This document shows positions 49,539 to 63,840 of a stretch of DNA of 64,000 bases, one piece after another. The stretch's first letter is position 1. Each line of letters begins with the position of its first letter. This stretch comes from Octopus sinensis (lineage: Eukaryota). The notes beneath the pieces are model-generated. The model did not search any database and was not told the DNA's origin. It saw only the letters and a program-made list of their open reading frames with translations. The position numbers and the translations under genes were made by a program. The stretch covers positions 85,746,001 to 85,810,000 of the forward strand of contig NC_042997.1 in assembly GCF_006345805.1 (NCBI RefSeq), written 5' to 3'.

Positions 49539-51237
49539 CAGCTAACCCGACCAGTTTTGTGAATAAACCTAATCTCTAAACGCATACATTACATTATGTA
49601 TATATAAAAATATTCAAAATAAATACGTTAGGAAATAAATAAGAATCGTAACATTGTACGTTCTTACTAGAGAAGTTTTAGACTACTGTTTGAAGGAGAG
49701 GAATGAGAGTTACTAGTGGGATGAGGAACATCCTTCTTTCTTATTAGTTTATCACCATCTACTTGAGGAGTGAAGAACTCATCCGAAGTTATTTGATGTT
49801 TATGACGCGTCATTTTTTTTATACGGTTCTCTGGAGGAACTGAGCTCATTGCAAACTCCTTTTGTATTTTTTTTTTATGTTGCATTCACGATTAGGGTTA
49901 TTAAAGGTAAAAACTTGCAGACTTTTCCCTATAAATGTCAACCCGATAGAAATATTCTTTGCTGTCAATTTTAAATGGAGTTTGTGAAATTTCCGTGTTC
50001 TCCACTGCCTATTCAGCTTGCCTTTGTTCTAACAGTATCAGCTCTTGATGAGATAAACTCTCTCTATGGGACATTAGCAATTCAACTACATCATCCTCTA
50101 CAACTTCAAACTCTACAACATTTGCAAGTGTCACAATATCTTTCAAATTTTGATGTAGACTTTCTGCCTGTGGAAAACTTGTTAAACTCACAGATGCAGT
50201 TCGGCCATATATTTTTTCATGCACCATTCAACGTTATCCACTTCTGAGTTATGAGTGAAATCCTCAACACAACAGCCATCGTATTGAACTTCTATAAGTC
50301 TAACTAGGTTTATCCTCTTCGTCAGTCGCTTTCATAAGTTGTTTGATTGTTTTTCTCCTCTTGATCTATTGAATGGAGCTAAAAAAGTTGTATCCTTGGG
50401 GAAATATTCTAATCTCACATTGTGTGGCGATGCACTGCCTAAAATGAGTAATACTTTTTTGGAAATATGTGTAGTACATTTTTCTACAGCAGGTCAAGAA
50501 ATGCTTGTAAATTATTGGAAAGCTTTAAATTCTAGCGTTGATTTTTCTTCGTGAGAAATTAAAGTTCTAACGGGTATGAATTCTAGAAAAGCACTTTTTT
50601 GCCCAACACTGTATAGTGACTGTGCTGAACAACCACCTTTGACAAAAACATTTATTTTTCAGCTGCTCAAGATATTTAGTAGCACCTTTTTCTTTTTTGT
50701 CAGCACTCCAGCTTCACAAGTCATTTTTATGTTGCGCAAATTCAAGCACTTCTTAAACCTTCCAAACCAGCCAGAAAAGAATTTCTCATTGGAAGTTTCT
50801 CCTTCCTTTTTCTGCAACTTGTCAAACAAACTTTTGACTTTTTTTTCTTCTTTTTCAATTATCATCGTGTTTGTGGAAAGATTACCTCGAATTTGATAAT
50901 AAATTCGTACACTCAAGAGCTGTTCTATTTTAAGTATCACAAAGTTGGAACAGGTAACGGAGTAGCTTCTTGAGCACTTGACATAACACTGTTGTTAAGT
51001 ATTGCCCTTTCTGTAGACGTTACAAGCTTTAATGCTTTGGCAGTGAGGTTTACATTTTTCCACTGCCGCATCAAACATTTTTTTTTATATAGCATCAAGC
51101 TATCCAGTGTAATCCTTTTACGGTTCCTTTTTACAGAATTGCCTTCTGATCCATTTGATGGCTACTTTTCAGATATCTTGAATTGTAGGGAAATCCAGCA
51201 GCGGCGATGATCAACAATTATCCGCAACAGATATGTA
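49539..51237 (-). mobile_element. Tigger/pogo-family DNA transposon, degenerate
   Basis: KRNRKRITLD N-terminal HTH; FSGWFGRFKKCLNLRNIKMTCEAG (CENP-B-type HTH); EDDVVELLMSHRESLSHQELILLEQ C-terminus; partial TIR similarity. Confidence 0.85.
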
Positions 51238-51452
51238 GTAAAAATAAATAACATCAAGATAGAACCGTTTTGTGTGGGAAGAAAAATTGAAGTCTAATTC
51301 TTATGGATGTGAGAATGGAAATGAGAAGAAAAAAGACTGAAAGAGTGAGGTGAGATGGAGTACTGTATAAATATAGTTAGTTGAAGGGTTCCCAGGTTCA
51401 CGGGCACTTCGCTGCTTGCACTTCTGACCTAAGACATGGAAACTTCCCACTA

Positions 51453-51514
<62 letters not shown>

Positions 51515-52058
51515 ATACACACACACACACACCGGTTTGTTGACATACAACATATGTAGCTACAGGTATTACTATCGTGTCGATGTTAATGTTATTACAG
51601 TTGTTTATTAAAAAGTTAGTGGGTTTCCTGTTTTGATTTTGGTGATAGTGGGACTATTGTTTGTGGCGACTGCGGTCATGTTCTTGTAAATAGCATTGTT
51701 GTTGTTTAGTTTCAAGTCAATCTTCATTGATTAAAGATCAAAGACATTTCATCGAGCTTTTAAAATACACTACGGTACCAAATTACCTCATGTGATTGTC
51801 TTTTATTTTCGATGGAGTTGCTTATCTTGTTCACGCTATTGTTACTGTCGTTGTTGGTCATTAAGAAATTTGTGGGTTGGTAATGGTGCTCTTTGTATTG
51901 ATTTCGGTGTGGATGGTGGATGTATTGATGGTGATGTGTGTGGTGGGGAGTGAGAGAGAAAAAACACAGACAGAACATAACGTACTGCCAGTTTGTCCAT
52001 ATATTTATTCTTTTATTCGTTTCAGTAATTAGGCTGCGGTCATGCTGGAGCACCGCCT

Positions 52059-52121
<63 letters not shown>

Positions 52122-52387
52122 TTGTGAAATGGCCCTCCACCAAATACACATACACACACATTATAAAAAATATATATATAAGCAACTATTGTTACCGTTA
52201 AAAACAGTAATAATGAGATGGTTAGCAATACTTCTACCCTAATAGGTATAATATTAAATATTTGAATAAAAAAAGGCTAAAACTACCGCTTACACACAGA
52301 CAAGCAAATATTTGCAGTGAAAATTCCATAAGTGCTAACATTTGCACACACGTATTAATATATCGCGATTATAAGTTTTTTTTTAAT

Positions 52388-52432
52388 TATTGCCTATACC
52401 TTGTTCTTGTTAAGAGCAAGGTATAGGCAATA
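52388..52432. repeat. near-perfect 21-bp hairpin
   Basis: tattgcctataccttgttctt-gtt-aagagcaaggtataggcaata, with one G-T pair. Confidence 0.9.
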
Positions 52433-52447
52433 AAACGCTGAAGAGAG

Positions 52448-52547
52448 GCCTTCAGTCCTTAAACTTTATTTGAGTTTCTGTAAGGGTGAAACTACATCCC
52501 GAAAATAGTAGTCATACTTTATAATTTCTGTATATATATATATATAT

Positions 52548-52599
<52 letters not shown>

Positions 52600-52663
52600 T
52601 GATTATTTTCGGGATGTAATTCCACCCTTAAAGAAACTCAAATAAGTCTTAAGGGCTGAAGGC
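52448..52663. mobile_element. fold-back MITE, ~70-bp inverted arms around a (TA)(TG)n core
   Basis: gccttcag.cctta...ttatttgagtttct.taagggtg.aa.tacatcccgaaaata is mirrored on both sides. Confidence 0.75.
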
Positions 52664-52799
52664 AGCATTTTAGTTAAGAACGAAGAATAATTAAAAATAT
52701 GTTTCAGTCATTTTTTTCTATCGGTCTCTTTTTGTTGAAACGTTAAGGGGATGTAAACGCACCAACTCCGGTGTAGGACAAGCACAGCTACAAAGACCC

Positions 52800-52965
52800 A
52801 CACAAATATATAAATATAAGACGGGCTTCTTTTCAGTTTCCGTTTACCAGATCTATTCAAAATGTTGGTAGGTCTAGGGTTATAGTATTGCCCAAAGTGC
52901 AACGCAGTGAGACTGAACCCGGAACCATGTGGCTGGGACGCAAGCTTCTTACCACACATGCGCCT
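52800..52965 (-). mobile_element. SINE A head (tail fragment at 52005-52057)
   Basis: Reverse complement of the SINE A head. Confidence 0.75.
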
Positions 52966-53169
52966 ACACACACACATATCTGCATGTACATACACATATT
53001 AAACACAATGTGTCTTAAAGATTGAATCAAGGAATTCAATGAAATATGTATTGATATATGTATGCGTGCGTGTGTGTGTGTGTATTGATATAAGCTTTAA
53101 CGCACACACACGCACGTCAACACCCAGCAAACAAGCAATTAACATTTACAAATAAGCATATATGATGAT

Positions 53170-53882
53170 CGATAAGTAATCTATCAACAACAAACACACA
53201 TATACAAACACACACACATAAGACTTCCTCTTCCTGACAATATCAAACCTATTCAAACCGCCAAACTACCAAACCAACTGCGCGAACCATCCGACTCCGT
53301 TCTATTTTACAATCAAAACATTGTATAATTTACGTGCGTGCGTGGATGTTGATAGCGCCGAGCAGATTATGTCAGCTGTGTGTAGTAGTAGTAGGAGGAG
53401 GTGGAGTCGTTGTAGTAGTAGTCAATAGCGTAGCGGCGACGGCGAGAGTAAACTTATTACCTTCCGCTCCGTCAACCATCGCCACCGCCCTCCTCTTCAT
53501 CACCGCCACCCCCATCACTACTAAACAACAACAAAATCCACCACCGCTGCCACTTCATCACCGCCACTCCCACCACCACCGCCATCAACAACAACAACAA
53601 CAACAAGATGATGATGATGAAGAGAACGATGGCTCTCTTACAGTTACAACATGCTGCTACCGGCTCGTCGGGTGATACGAGCTAGCAAGCAAGAAAGACA
53701 TTCAACGGATTTACTTTTATTTACTAGAACAGATATATCCACCATAATATTTTAAAGTCTTCTATTTTCTTCTTCTTTGTTATTATTAGTATTATTAATA
53801 TTCTTTCTGGTGTGAACTTTTGTTACGAGGAGTTTAGCTGAGGAGGACAATGTAAATGTAATGGAAAGTTCAAAGTGAGATT
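53170..53882 (+). promoter_or_regulatory. putative promoter / 5' UTR of the downstream gene (CpG-containing, triplet-rich leader)
   Basis: Locally CpG-rich and not TE-like, with GTA/CAC/CAA/GAT runs typical of long 5' UTRs, leading directly into an ATG and a perfect donor. Confidence 0.45.
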
Positions 53883-53929
53883 ATGGAATTCGGTATGGAT
53901 CGTAATGCCCAAAGCCGTTGCTTATTTAG
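53883..53929 (+). CDS. putative first coding exon, MEFGMDRNAQSRCLF(S)
   Basis: attATGG start, 15 codons plus 2 nt, consensus donor AG|GTAAGT; the phase matches exon 59803-59867. Confidence 0.55.
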
Positions 53930-54208
53930 GTAAGTTTTTAAGTTCTACGCAAACGCTGGTAAAATAATCCTGGGGGATGAGGATCGGCTGATGAGGTGTG
54001 ACAGATGAGATAAGGGTGGTTGAGTGTTTGGATGAGTGAACGATGATGGAGATGAGGAAACGAAGAAAGGGGAAGACCTTCACATGCTCTCACACGTACA
54101 TACACGCAAACAACACACATGTACATATAAACAGCTCACAGAAACACCACACACGCACACACACACACACACATATATATATACACACGCTCAGTTTAAT
54201 ATGCATTC

Positions 54209-54247
<39 letters not shown>

Positions 54248-54379
54248 AATGCATATATATATGTGTGTGTGGTGTTTATTCTTTACCTCAGCCGGCGGAG
54301 GTAAAGAAAACACACAGAACACGTTTTCGGCGTAACCCTAACCACCAAGTGTGCGTATTCTTTACCTTCGCATTCATAA

Positions 54380-54446
<67 letters not shown>

Positions 54447-55067
54447 CATACTAAGCATCTATATCTATCTGTCTAAAGATATATATGCGCGCACACCCAC
54501 ATATGTACATGCACACTTATACGTATACACACACTTACACACGTGTTTAGATTTTACAGAATTTGTGTGCTAAGGGGTATTCTCTTCATCAGCTGTCGAC
54601 AGGAGACCACAACGATTCGCCACCTTGCGTATGAGTATGTTCAACGAAGTGCTAACGTTGTCATAACAGATGCTCACACACATGCTAAATCGCAACATAT
54701 ATACGCAACCTACGCTATCTGGTACCAACATACATTTCATTTCAAAATGCTAAATTGTGCATACACGCAATATACACCCACATCCTAACTTTCGAATAAA
54801 CATTAATACATTTAAATACACCAATACACACACACACACACACACACACACTCAAGCAAACACATATTTACTAAGTAGTTCGTGCAATACTTATATATAT
54901 ATATACACACACTCACACACATACATATTCAGAGATTACGAGAGGGAACGGGAAAGAGGATTAGGCTCACACACACACACACAGATAAGAAAAATATTTA
55001 CATTAGTAAATAAATATTGCATGCAGACACACATGAGTATGTATGCACAACGAATACATACAAATAG

Positions 55068-55106
<39 letters not shown>

Positions 55107-55416
55107 CGTATTAGTACATCACATACCCTACTAACACATATTCATGAACACAGTAAATCGTTAAGATACTTTAAACGCAATCACACACACATGCACCCGA
55201 GCCAATGGAAGCTCTTCTACCTGGTCGCTCATCCTACTAGTAATAGTAGTTCAACCTCCCTTAAATCATGCGTTAACGTCTTATAAAACGACACGCTTGA
55301 TGTGGTCCTGGGATGTATATGAATACGCACACACACGTTGTTATACTTCTAAATTATAAATCTATAAATATGCACACCAGTATGTCTCTCTCACTGTATG
55401 TGTGTGATATCAGTAT

Positions 55417-55459
<43 letters not shown>

Positions 55460-56712
55460 CATACACACACACACACATGTACATACGTATGCAAGCAAAA
55501 TATCAGCGTGCATATACCCAGTTGCACATCTCCACATACACAGCGCGCATGTAGACATGCTAAACCTTTTTCGCAGTCATTCGTATTGTACTGTGTGAAT
55601 GCAGGAACATATACATACACTCACACATTAACACGAGGGTGTGAATATACAGGAATGGAAAGTACAACACCAGCTCTCTATATAAACATTATAGCATACA
55701 CACAAACATGCATATATAACTTACGGGTGGGCATACTCACACACGCACCCACACTAACCGATGATCCGCTAGCAGACACCAATGTACACACACATGCATA
55801 CACACACTGACACATTTACCTGGTCTAATTGAAAGAATTGGGAGACATTCACTGAGACACATGGTCTTGATTATGTATGTATGTACATTATATATATGTG
55901 CGTGTGTGTAATATAAACACACACACACATAACCAAAAATGATAGAGAAAGTACATCCATAGCTTCAATAATCACGCTGTGTGAATCTGTGATTTGATTA
56001 TTCTGTTTTGTTCTTAATTCTATTTAAATAAAATGTTTCCGAGACTAACTTGATTCCATGTAAATTTCGATTTCAAATCGACTGGCTTTTCAGCTTTCTT
56101 TTTATTTTTTATCATCCTTACTCGGCCGTCTAAAACAAATATATAAATAAAGTGATTGACGTCTTCTAAGATTAGTCTGTCCTAATTTTGTAGCGTGAAT
56201 CGGATAAACGATAAATCGCTCCGTATCTTCGGGATAAGGGTTCTAGTTTATCGCGAATTACTACTGACAGCTTAAATAAACTGATGCAAAGTAGAATGAA
56301 GCGTGCTTCGAACTCATGACTCATGAGCAGGTGGTCCATTGACTACTATTTGTACTCGATCGTTTTTCGCCTCTATATTTACCGATTAGGATTCATATAT
56401 TTCTCTTCATGTTCTATATTGTGGAGGCTTTCACATCTCTTTTAGTACATACATACATACATACATATATATACATATATACAGATTGTTCCAATGCTTT
56501 GTCTACATATTTTTGGTACACACCGTTTTAGGGACTAAAATGCACACGCACTGACACACATTAAGACAGTTTAAACATACTTTCATAATACAATACGTTG
56601 AATGTTTTGAACGAATGAATATATTGATTTCTGGAGACAAAGATGCATGCTTTGTTTAATAGACAAGATACAAGCACACGTTCGCACGTTACCAAGAACC
56701 CATACACAATTG

Positions 56713-56747
<35 letters not shown>

Positions 56748-57238
56748 GTATAGGTGTGTGTGTATGTATATGTATGATTTCGTATTTAGATTTTGCCACA
56801 CGTGTTACTGTAAGTAGATAGACAATATATAAACACACATCCGTACACACACTAAGTTTCATAAATACAGTAAACACATATGCACTTAGACTAACAGAGA
56901 AAACATATCCACTCTGAGACCAAAGCAACTAAGGAGCCTGGTCGCTGTAGCTGTTAGAAATAGCAATCAAATCTTCTTCAAATCACACCCACCCCATCGT
57001 CTTAAATAAGTAAACAATGCATTAATTAGACCGAAAAACATGGGATGGTTTTGTCTGGAATGCCTCTGACCGTAAATCTGCTCGATCAGGGTTCACACAG
57101 GTTTAAACAACATCAATAACATATTCACGCTCTAATACAAATGTCTATACACCTATGCCCGCATCTCAATTTTATACTTGTATACGTGTGTGCATGAACA
57201 CACACACACACAGGGAATCACACCACTGCACATATATG

Positions 57239-57407
57239 CAGTGCCGTCTTAAGGAATAGTCACACTGGGGAGTTATTGAGGGTCGCTACAGATGTAGGGG
57301 CTCAATGCTTCAAGTAGGTATGCTGAGGTTCATTCCCTATAAATTTTGTAGGATTTCCAAGTATATTACTTTGCCTAAGAGCTCAGAAAAATTTTAAGAC
57401 GGTTCTG
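57239..57407. mobile_element. hAT MITE with 8-bp TSD
   Basis: TIRs cagtgccgtcttaa / ttaagacggttctg; TSD catatatg / tatatatg. Confidence 0.8.
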
Positions 57408-58741
57408 TATATATGCGTAACGCAGCATTTCTTAATCACATAGAAGAATATGTTTTAGTGTAAAGACTCCTTTTTTCAGTTTACGAATTGAGAGAAAGAA
57501 AAGTTGCTCCATTTATGCTTTTTCCCAATATAAACAACCGAAACTGTCTTCGACTGAGTATCGAAACCTGATCACCAACTTAGCTCACTAATTGACTGAA
57601 ATTCACTGTTTCATAAACACACATATACAGTTTCATAAATATACTACCATTCATACATTTTTATAAACATGCGCTTTCATTTACATTGGCAAAGTCACAC
57701 ACGTATACACTTCATAAAATTTACATATACCAGTTTCATAAACATATCCTCATTAAAACACTTGTTCCTTAAAGTAAAAACTTGTATGGACCTTCGTCGT
57801 TTTCGGCGATAAGTATTCCAGTAATTCAGTTGAGTGAACAATCTGCTGATTACCTTAGAGGGTAAGTGGCTGAATATTCTAGAAAACGTGCATACCCTTA
57901 ACGTAAATGTCGGGCATACTAAGCGTGAGACTATGTAACAAGGTTGGGTCTCCAGTCTCGTCCAACGAGTTTCCTACAATTGGGCATTGTCACAGTCTGC
58001 AGTCTCATCCGACGAGTTTCCCACGACTTTTGTCCACCCAGTTTCCTTCACAAGGCTTGAGTCGAGGTAAAGCTTTGGTAAAATTATTTGCCCAGCATGT
58101 CATGGGATCAGACCCGGGATATTATGGTTGCACAGTAAACTCCTTAGAACTACATTATCTTGCCGACATTATATTTTTCCCATTAAACTAAGACACATTC
58201 AAGTGTGTGTACACATACATTCTTTCATAATACATACATATATTTACACACACTACTTAATAAATTCAGTTTCATTAAAAAATACTAAGGCGGTGCTGCA
58301 GCATGGCCACAGTCCAATGACTGAAACAAATAACACACATATTAACAGATTCATTGACACATTCACATACACACTAGTTTATAAATATTCACACACTCAG
58401 TCACTCATAAACCCTCTTTTATAATAATATACACGTTATATTTTAGTGATAAGGAACAAAAAATAGATGCTGTGACATACATTTACAGAATTTTATTTAC
58501 CGGGAAATGAAACACTTGCTCTGTGATGGGGCTTTCATCGTTCGAATATAAGAACACACCATAATAAATGTTAAGAAGGATTTATGCAATTTTTACGTTA
58601 CATTTCCATTTTGTTGTATTATTCGTATTATTATAGTATGTCGTCTGTGACTTGTCGACGTCCTGTAGAAGTACGATCGTTGACTGGAAAAAGTGCACTG
58701 AAAATTGATAGTGACGCCACTGTAATATTTAACCAAAGAGA

Positions 58742-58928
58742 AGGAGGCGAGCTGGCAGAATCGTTAAGCGCGCCGGGCGAATGCTCAGTGGCATTTCATC
58801 CGTCTTTTAGAGATGAAATACCGCCGAGGTCGACTTTTGTGGTCGATAAAATAAGTACCAGTACTGGGGTCGATGTAATCTACTTACCCCGTTCACCGAA
58901 ACCGCTGGCCTTGTGCCAAAATTTGAAA
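58742..58928 (+). mobile_element. SINE family B, CpG-rich copy
   Basis: aaggaggcgagctggcagaatcgttaagcgcgccgggcg...tgtgccaaaatttgaaa. Confidence 0.9.
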
Positions 58929-59592
58929 CTAGCATTTTATCAACGATTGAACTCCTACACAGTTGCTTAATCATCTAACACAATGCCCTGCTCATGTTCT
59001 AAATCTCGCAGTTTTTTTTCTTTTTTTAATGTGTTTAAAATACAAGAATTGAATGTGCTTTAAAGAATTTTATTTCTAAGAAAATAGCGACCCAATTGAT
59101 ATTTGACCTTAGAGAGCTAACGCCACCAAGAAAAAGCTCCATCATCCAGGTTAAGAACCGCATGTCAAACACACACAGAACGTTGAATATACATACATGA
59201 ACATGTATTCGTAGTTAGAAATACAAAGATATAGACATGTATTTATATGTAAAAAAAAGTATGCTTGCATGCATACATACATAAATACATGCATGCATGA
59301 TGCAGATCCTCCAAATCCAATTTATTAGTGGCACAGTAAAGATTTGTAAGACATTCCAAAGATTCTCCATCTGAGATTCTAATGCGACTAGATGCAACAC
59401 TTGGGTGAATGCATCGACAGTTCAACCAACACAACCACATATTTACAAACACCGGGTACTCTCTTATCTCCGAAGTCTTGTCGCTTTGTTAGCGACCGGC
59501 TTGTATTCACTCAAGAACTTGAATAAAACATACAAACATACATATCCCTCATCATACTCTATTCTAGAAAAATAATCGGGACACTAGATACC

Positions 59593-59768
59593 TTATCCTT
59601 TCTACTATAGGCACAAGATCTGAAATTTTGGGGAAGGGGTTTATCGATTAGATTGAGTCAGTACTGAATTGGTAATTGGTAATTATCTCATTGACCTCGT
59701 CAGAGTTTGAAATCAGAGCGTGAAGACCGACGAATTGCCGTTAGCGATTCTGCCAGCTCGCCACCTTA
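59593..59768 (-). mobile_element. SINE family B
   Basis: Reverse-complement head ctgccagctcgccacctt. Confidence 0.75.
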
Positions 59769-59802
59769 ACAAATTAGATTCATAATGAAGTCCTAACTGC
59801 AG

Positions 59803-59867
59803 TGTTGTGAAAAGGGGACAGGATGGTCGCGAACGATTACGCTTTGATATCTATTCTCCTCCGTCAG
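59803..59867 (+). CDS. putative second coding exon, (S)VVKRGQDGRERLRFDIYSPPS(G)
   Basis: cctaactgcag| acceptor (weak pyrimidine tract), 65-nt open frame, donor cag|gtatac; in-frame stops just upstream require splicing; joins exon 1 in frame. Confidence 0.6.
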
Positions 59868-60635
59868 GTATACATTATCAAAACTAACCTTACGAGAACA
59901 GCAACAGCTAACGATAGGTTTTATTTTTACATGGCTCAAAAGAAATGGAAGCGGATATGGTGTGTGCGTGTGTACAATCTAATGCTGCTATGTTCATGCT
60001 TTCACCAAAGATCTGAATAGAATAACTGGAGCTGATCTTGTATGAATCGTGACTTGAAAGCGAGATGTTGTGCTGTCTCGCCTGGAGTTTAACTAATGCT
60101 TTATTATCAAACCATTTTGTAGCTCATCATCGTCTTTCACTGAATATTTTACACACACACACAAATCATCTACATACAACAGATGCTAATTTTTTGCAGT
60201 GGTTTATTATCCATACTTTCAAATACTATCCCATACAATATGTTCCTCCTTTTTAGCCATTTGCGTGACTATTGCCTCCGCTATATTAAATTTTTATAGA
60301 AATTTATTGAAGGTGAAGATTTATATTGTGAAATTATTTTGGATCTTGACGCATCATCACTCATGCTGAATAATATACTGTCCTGATCATGTTATGACCC
60401 CGATAACATGTTTTTCGTTTCTTTTTCTATTCATTAACGCGTTTAAAATACAAGTATTATACTTGTTTTAATTATATTTCTAAAAAATAATAAAAAAGCA
60501 ACCCTTTGATTTCTGGTCCTAAGAAGCTAACAACGTCTTCAAGAGGCGCTATAATCCAGGTTAAGAACCACACATCCTCACGGACAGAATTTCGAACATA
60601 TATTTTCAGCTGATATGTACTTATATTACATGTAG

Positions 60636-60965
60636 AAGGCACATGGCTCAGTGGTTTAGAGCGTCGAGCTCACAATCATAAGGCAGTGAGTTCGAGTCCC
60701 CGACCGGGCTGTGCTGTGTTCTTGAGCAAGACACTTTATTTCACGTTGTTCCAATTCACTCGGCTGTAGAAATGAGTCGCGATGTCACTGGGGCGAAGCT
60801 GTTTCGGCCTTTACCTTTCCCTTAGAAAGGTAGCATTGGGAGGGGAGGCTGGTATTCGCGGGCGACTACTGGTCCTCCATAAACAGCTTGGCCCAGACTT
60901 GTGTCTCGGAGGGTAAACTTTCTAAGTGCAATCCCATGGTCATTCATGATCGAAAGGGGTCTTTA
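60636..60965 (+). mobile_element. SINE family D, CpG-rich copy
   Basis: Aligns with 15094-15422 and 32251-32590 but keeps its CpGs. Confidence 0.9.
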
Positions 60966-61139
60966 TTACGTCTAAAACATTATGCATACACACACACACA
61001 TAGGCATATATATGTATGTATATAGGTATTTGTATACACATGCACTCACTCACTATTACACACTCAGGGCAAATATACATGTAATCTAGAAGTCAAATGT
61101 CCCTTCATTACCGTTATAAAAGAGGGGCAATGTAGCGTA

Positions 61140-61191
<52 letters not shown>

Positions 61192-62147
61192 ACACACGCC
61201 TTTGTATCTATAAATAAGAATATGTGTGTATGTTCAAGATTTTGTATGTGTTGGACATGTAGTTCTTGTGAGGTTTGAAACAGATTTGACTCTTATTTTC
61301 TGGCCGGACATGCGACATCAGCCCCGCATGCATACGAAAATGAGGGTTCTTCGATCTGCTACAAATAACTCTTGAATCTTCCTCAAATCAAATCCGATCG
61401 CGGTGGTTCTCCATCTTTGCTCATATAGATCACTGGGGATGAAATGAAAAAAAAAAAAAATTGTTCACTTCCCATAGAAATTTTTAAAGTTTATTTATGT
61501 TGTAAATTTAGAAAAGAAAAATATAGGAAACTATTCTTTCCTTCGTTTCATTAATCATACTTTTGCATAGCAAAATTATGAATAGCTCGTTTTTTGAAAA
61601 CACTCTCGAAATAGAAGCATGAATTTTTCTGAGGCCTTAAATTTTATTTTTCAAAGTCTCTGCAGAGTGCCTAGATATTCCTTGCGAAACAAAATGAAAG
61701 GATACATTATATGATGTGAGCCTAAATATATATATAAATATATGTATGTGTGTATGTATGCATGTGTGTGTTATGGCTGAAAATAAAAGGCAGGATTGTC
61801 CGGCTAGAAGATTTTACCTGAGGGGTGGGTCAGGCTAAACAATAAAATCCAACGCAGTGTTCACTTTGGTTTTAGAACAATTTTACTTACCCGAGAAGAC
61901 TTCAATAAACACCCAATCAACTATTACTTTGACAAAGAATCACCAATAAAGTGAAACCTCATTAGCTTGTGTTGGGTTTTGCTTTTAGTCAAGATGGCTT
62001 TTGCTCACGTATGCCGAGTGTTTACTAATCAAAGGGCATGCCCATTTAGAAATCGAGTGTCGTTATTATTAACAGTATTTAAAGAACAAAGGTATTCTGT
62101 AATGAGCAAGTCGATGGTACCCACTCTTTACAGCAAGGTAAATATAT

Positions 62148-62180
<33 letters not shown>

Positions 62181-62183
62181 CAT

Positions 62184-62247
<64 letters not shown>

Positions 62248-62739
62248 CCACTTAAAAGTGGATGTTCTATTAGAATACTGCTGCAGCAACCATGAGAAGC
62301 CCTCATATTGGCTTCCGGTGAATAAAAGCACTCTTGTTTATGACACTGTCGGGGAGATAATCACCCGCCAGCATTGAGACCACCAGATCTAGTGATAATA
62401 CAAAATATTTATACATACATACATACATACATATCCACACGCACACACATGTTTATATATTCGTTTTGCAAGATTCTTGATGTGAATTCGTGTGTTGAAA
62501 CAGATATTGTTGTATTTGGTCACGTTGCCCTTTTAGCCAATAAAAAACACACGCACTATATATTTGGTGTTCACTTGCTTCAGCTTTATTTTATATTAAT
62601 TGTATTTCGGCCAGAGTTCTTTCGTCACACTTCTATACAACAATATATATATATAGTTATCTAACTAGGGTTATATTGGGCCACTGACAGTTTATGTAAT
62701 TAACATTAACGGTGGATTAAGAGAACCATTAGAGCTTAG

Positions 62740-62920
62740 TATAAAATATCTTGTGGTATGTGTTTCGCTCTTTCACATACTGAGTTCAAATCCCGCCAAG
62801 GCTACCTTAAGTTTTCGTGTTTCCGGGGGGAAGGTCAATAAAATATAGTGTCAGTCAAGTACTGGAATCGATTTAATCGGCTGACCTCCTCCCACAAAAT
62901 TACTAGCTTTGTACCTCAGA
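62740..62920 (+). mobile_element. SINE family B, decayed
   Basis: tgagttcaaatcccgccaagg...aagtactggaatcgatttaatcg. Confidence 0.65.
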
Positions 62921-63654
62921 AACTATATCGTTTAAATTATCCTGATATATATTTGAATGTAAATACAGTAAATCTACGAAAAGATACCTTTTATATATTG
63001 TAAGGGTCGTTGTACCAGTAATATACACATTGGTTCTATTTCGCTGTTTTCTTTGTTAGTTGGTTAGCTATTTGACGAATTAATCGATTGTTTGATTAAT
63101 CATTCGTTTTATCAATAAATTAGCTATCTTTGTCAAAGTCCACATGAGTGATTTATTGACTAACTGAATCAACAATCTATTAACTGGTCAAACAATCGAA
63201 TAGTTAATTGGTTTAGATAATTAACCAATTGATAAAGAAGGGAAATAGAACCAGTGCGTGTGTTTATTATTGACATAATGACCCTCCTGAGATGAAAAAA
63301 TGTTTCTACACACGAATTCACATCAAAACGTTTTCAAATCAAATGCGAAAAACTAGCTTTCGGAAAAAAAAAAAAAAAGAAGAAACGCTTTTATACTTGA
63401 GATGTATTCCTGCACGTTAGGACAAACATTGATTTTTTTTTAATCTTGTTGGAACTGGCACACTGAAATCCATTTCGTTGGGTTCCTTTTATAGTAAGTT
63501 CTACCATCTGAACAACTTAAATATATTCGTGAAGCTTTTGAACATGAAAAGAACAAAAAAGAACCAGTATTTCCTAAAAACAAATGTGATATTGGTGTAA
63601 AGAATTGCCTTATTTCTGATCAAATTTGCAAGTTGAATAGAGTTGATTAAATTT

Positions 63655-63840
63655 ACCTGAGTACTTTACTGGTACTTTATTTTATCGAACTCTATAAGGA
63701 TGCAAAGCAAAGTTGAACTGGGCATGATTAATTCTGCCTTTCACTCCACCCCCGAGTTGATAAAATAAAGTATCAGTCAAGGCCAATTTATAATCAACAA
63801 TATAACTTCTTCGACATGTACTGCCTTGTGCCAATATTCC
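63655..63840. mobile_element. SINE B fragments in both orientations
   Basis: ctggtactt..atcga..ggatgcaaagcaaagttga followed by gataaaataaagtatcag..ccttgtgcc. Confidence 0.55.
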
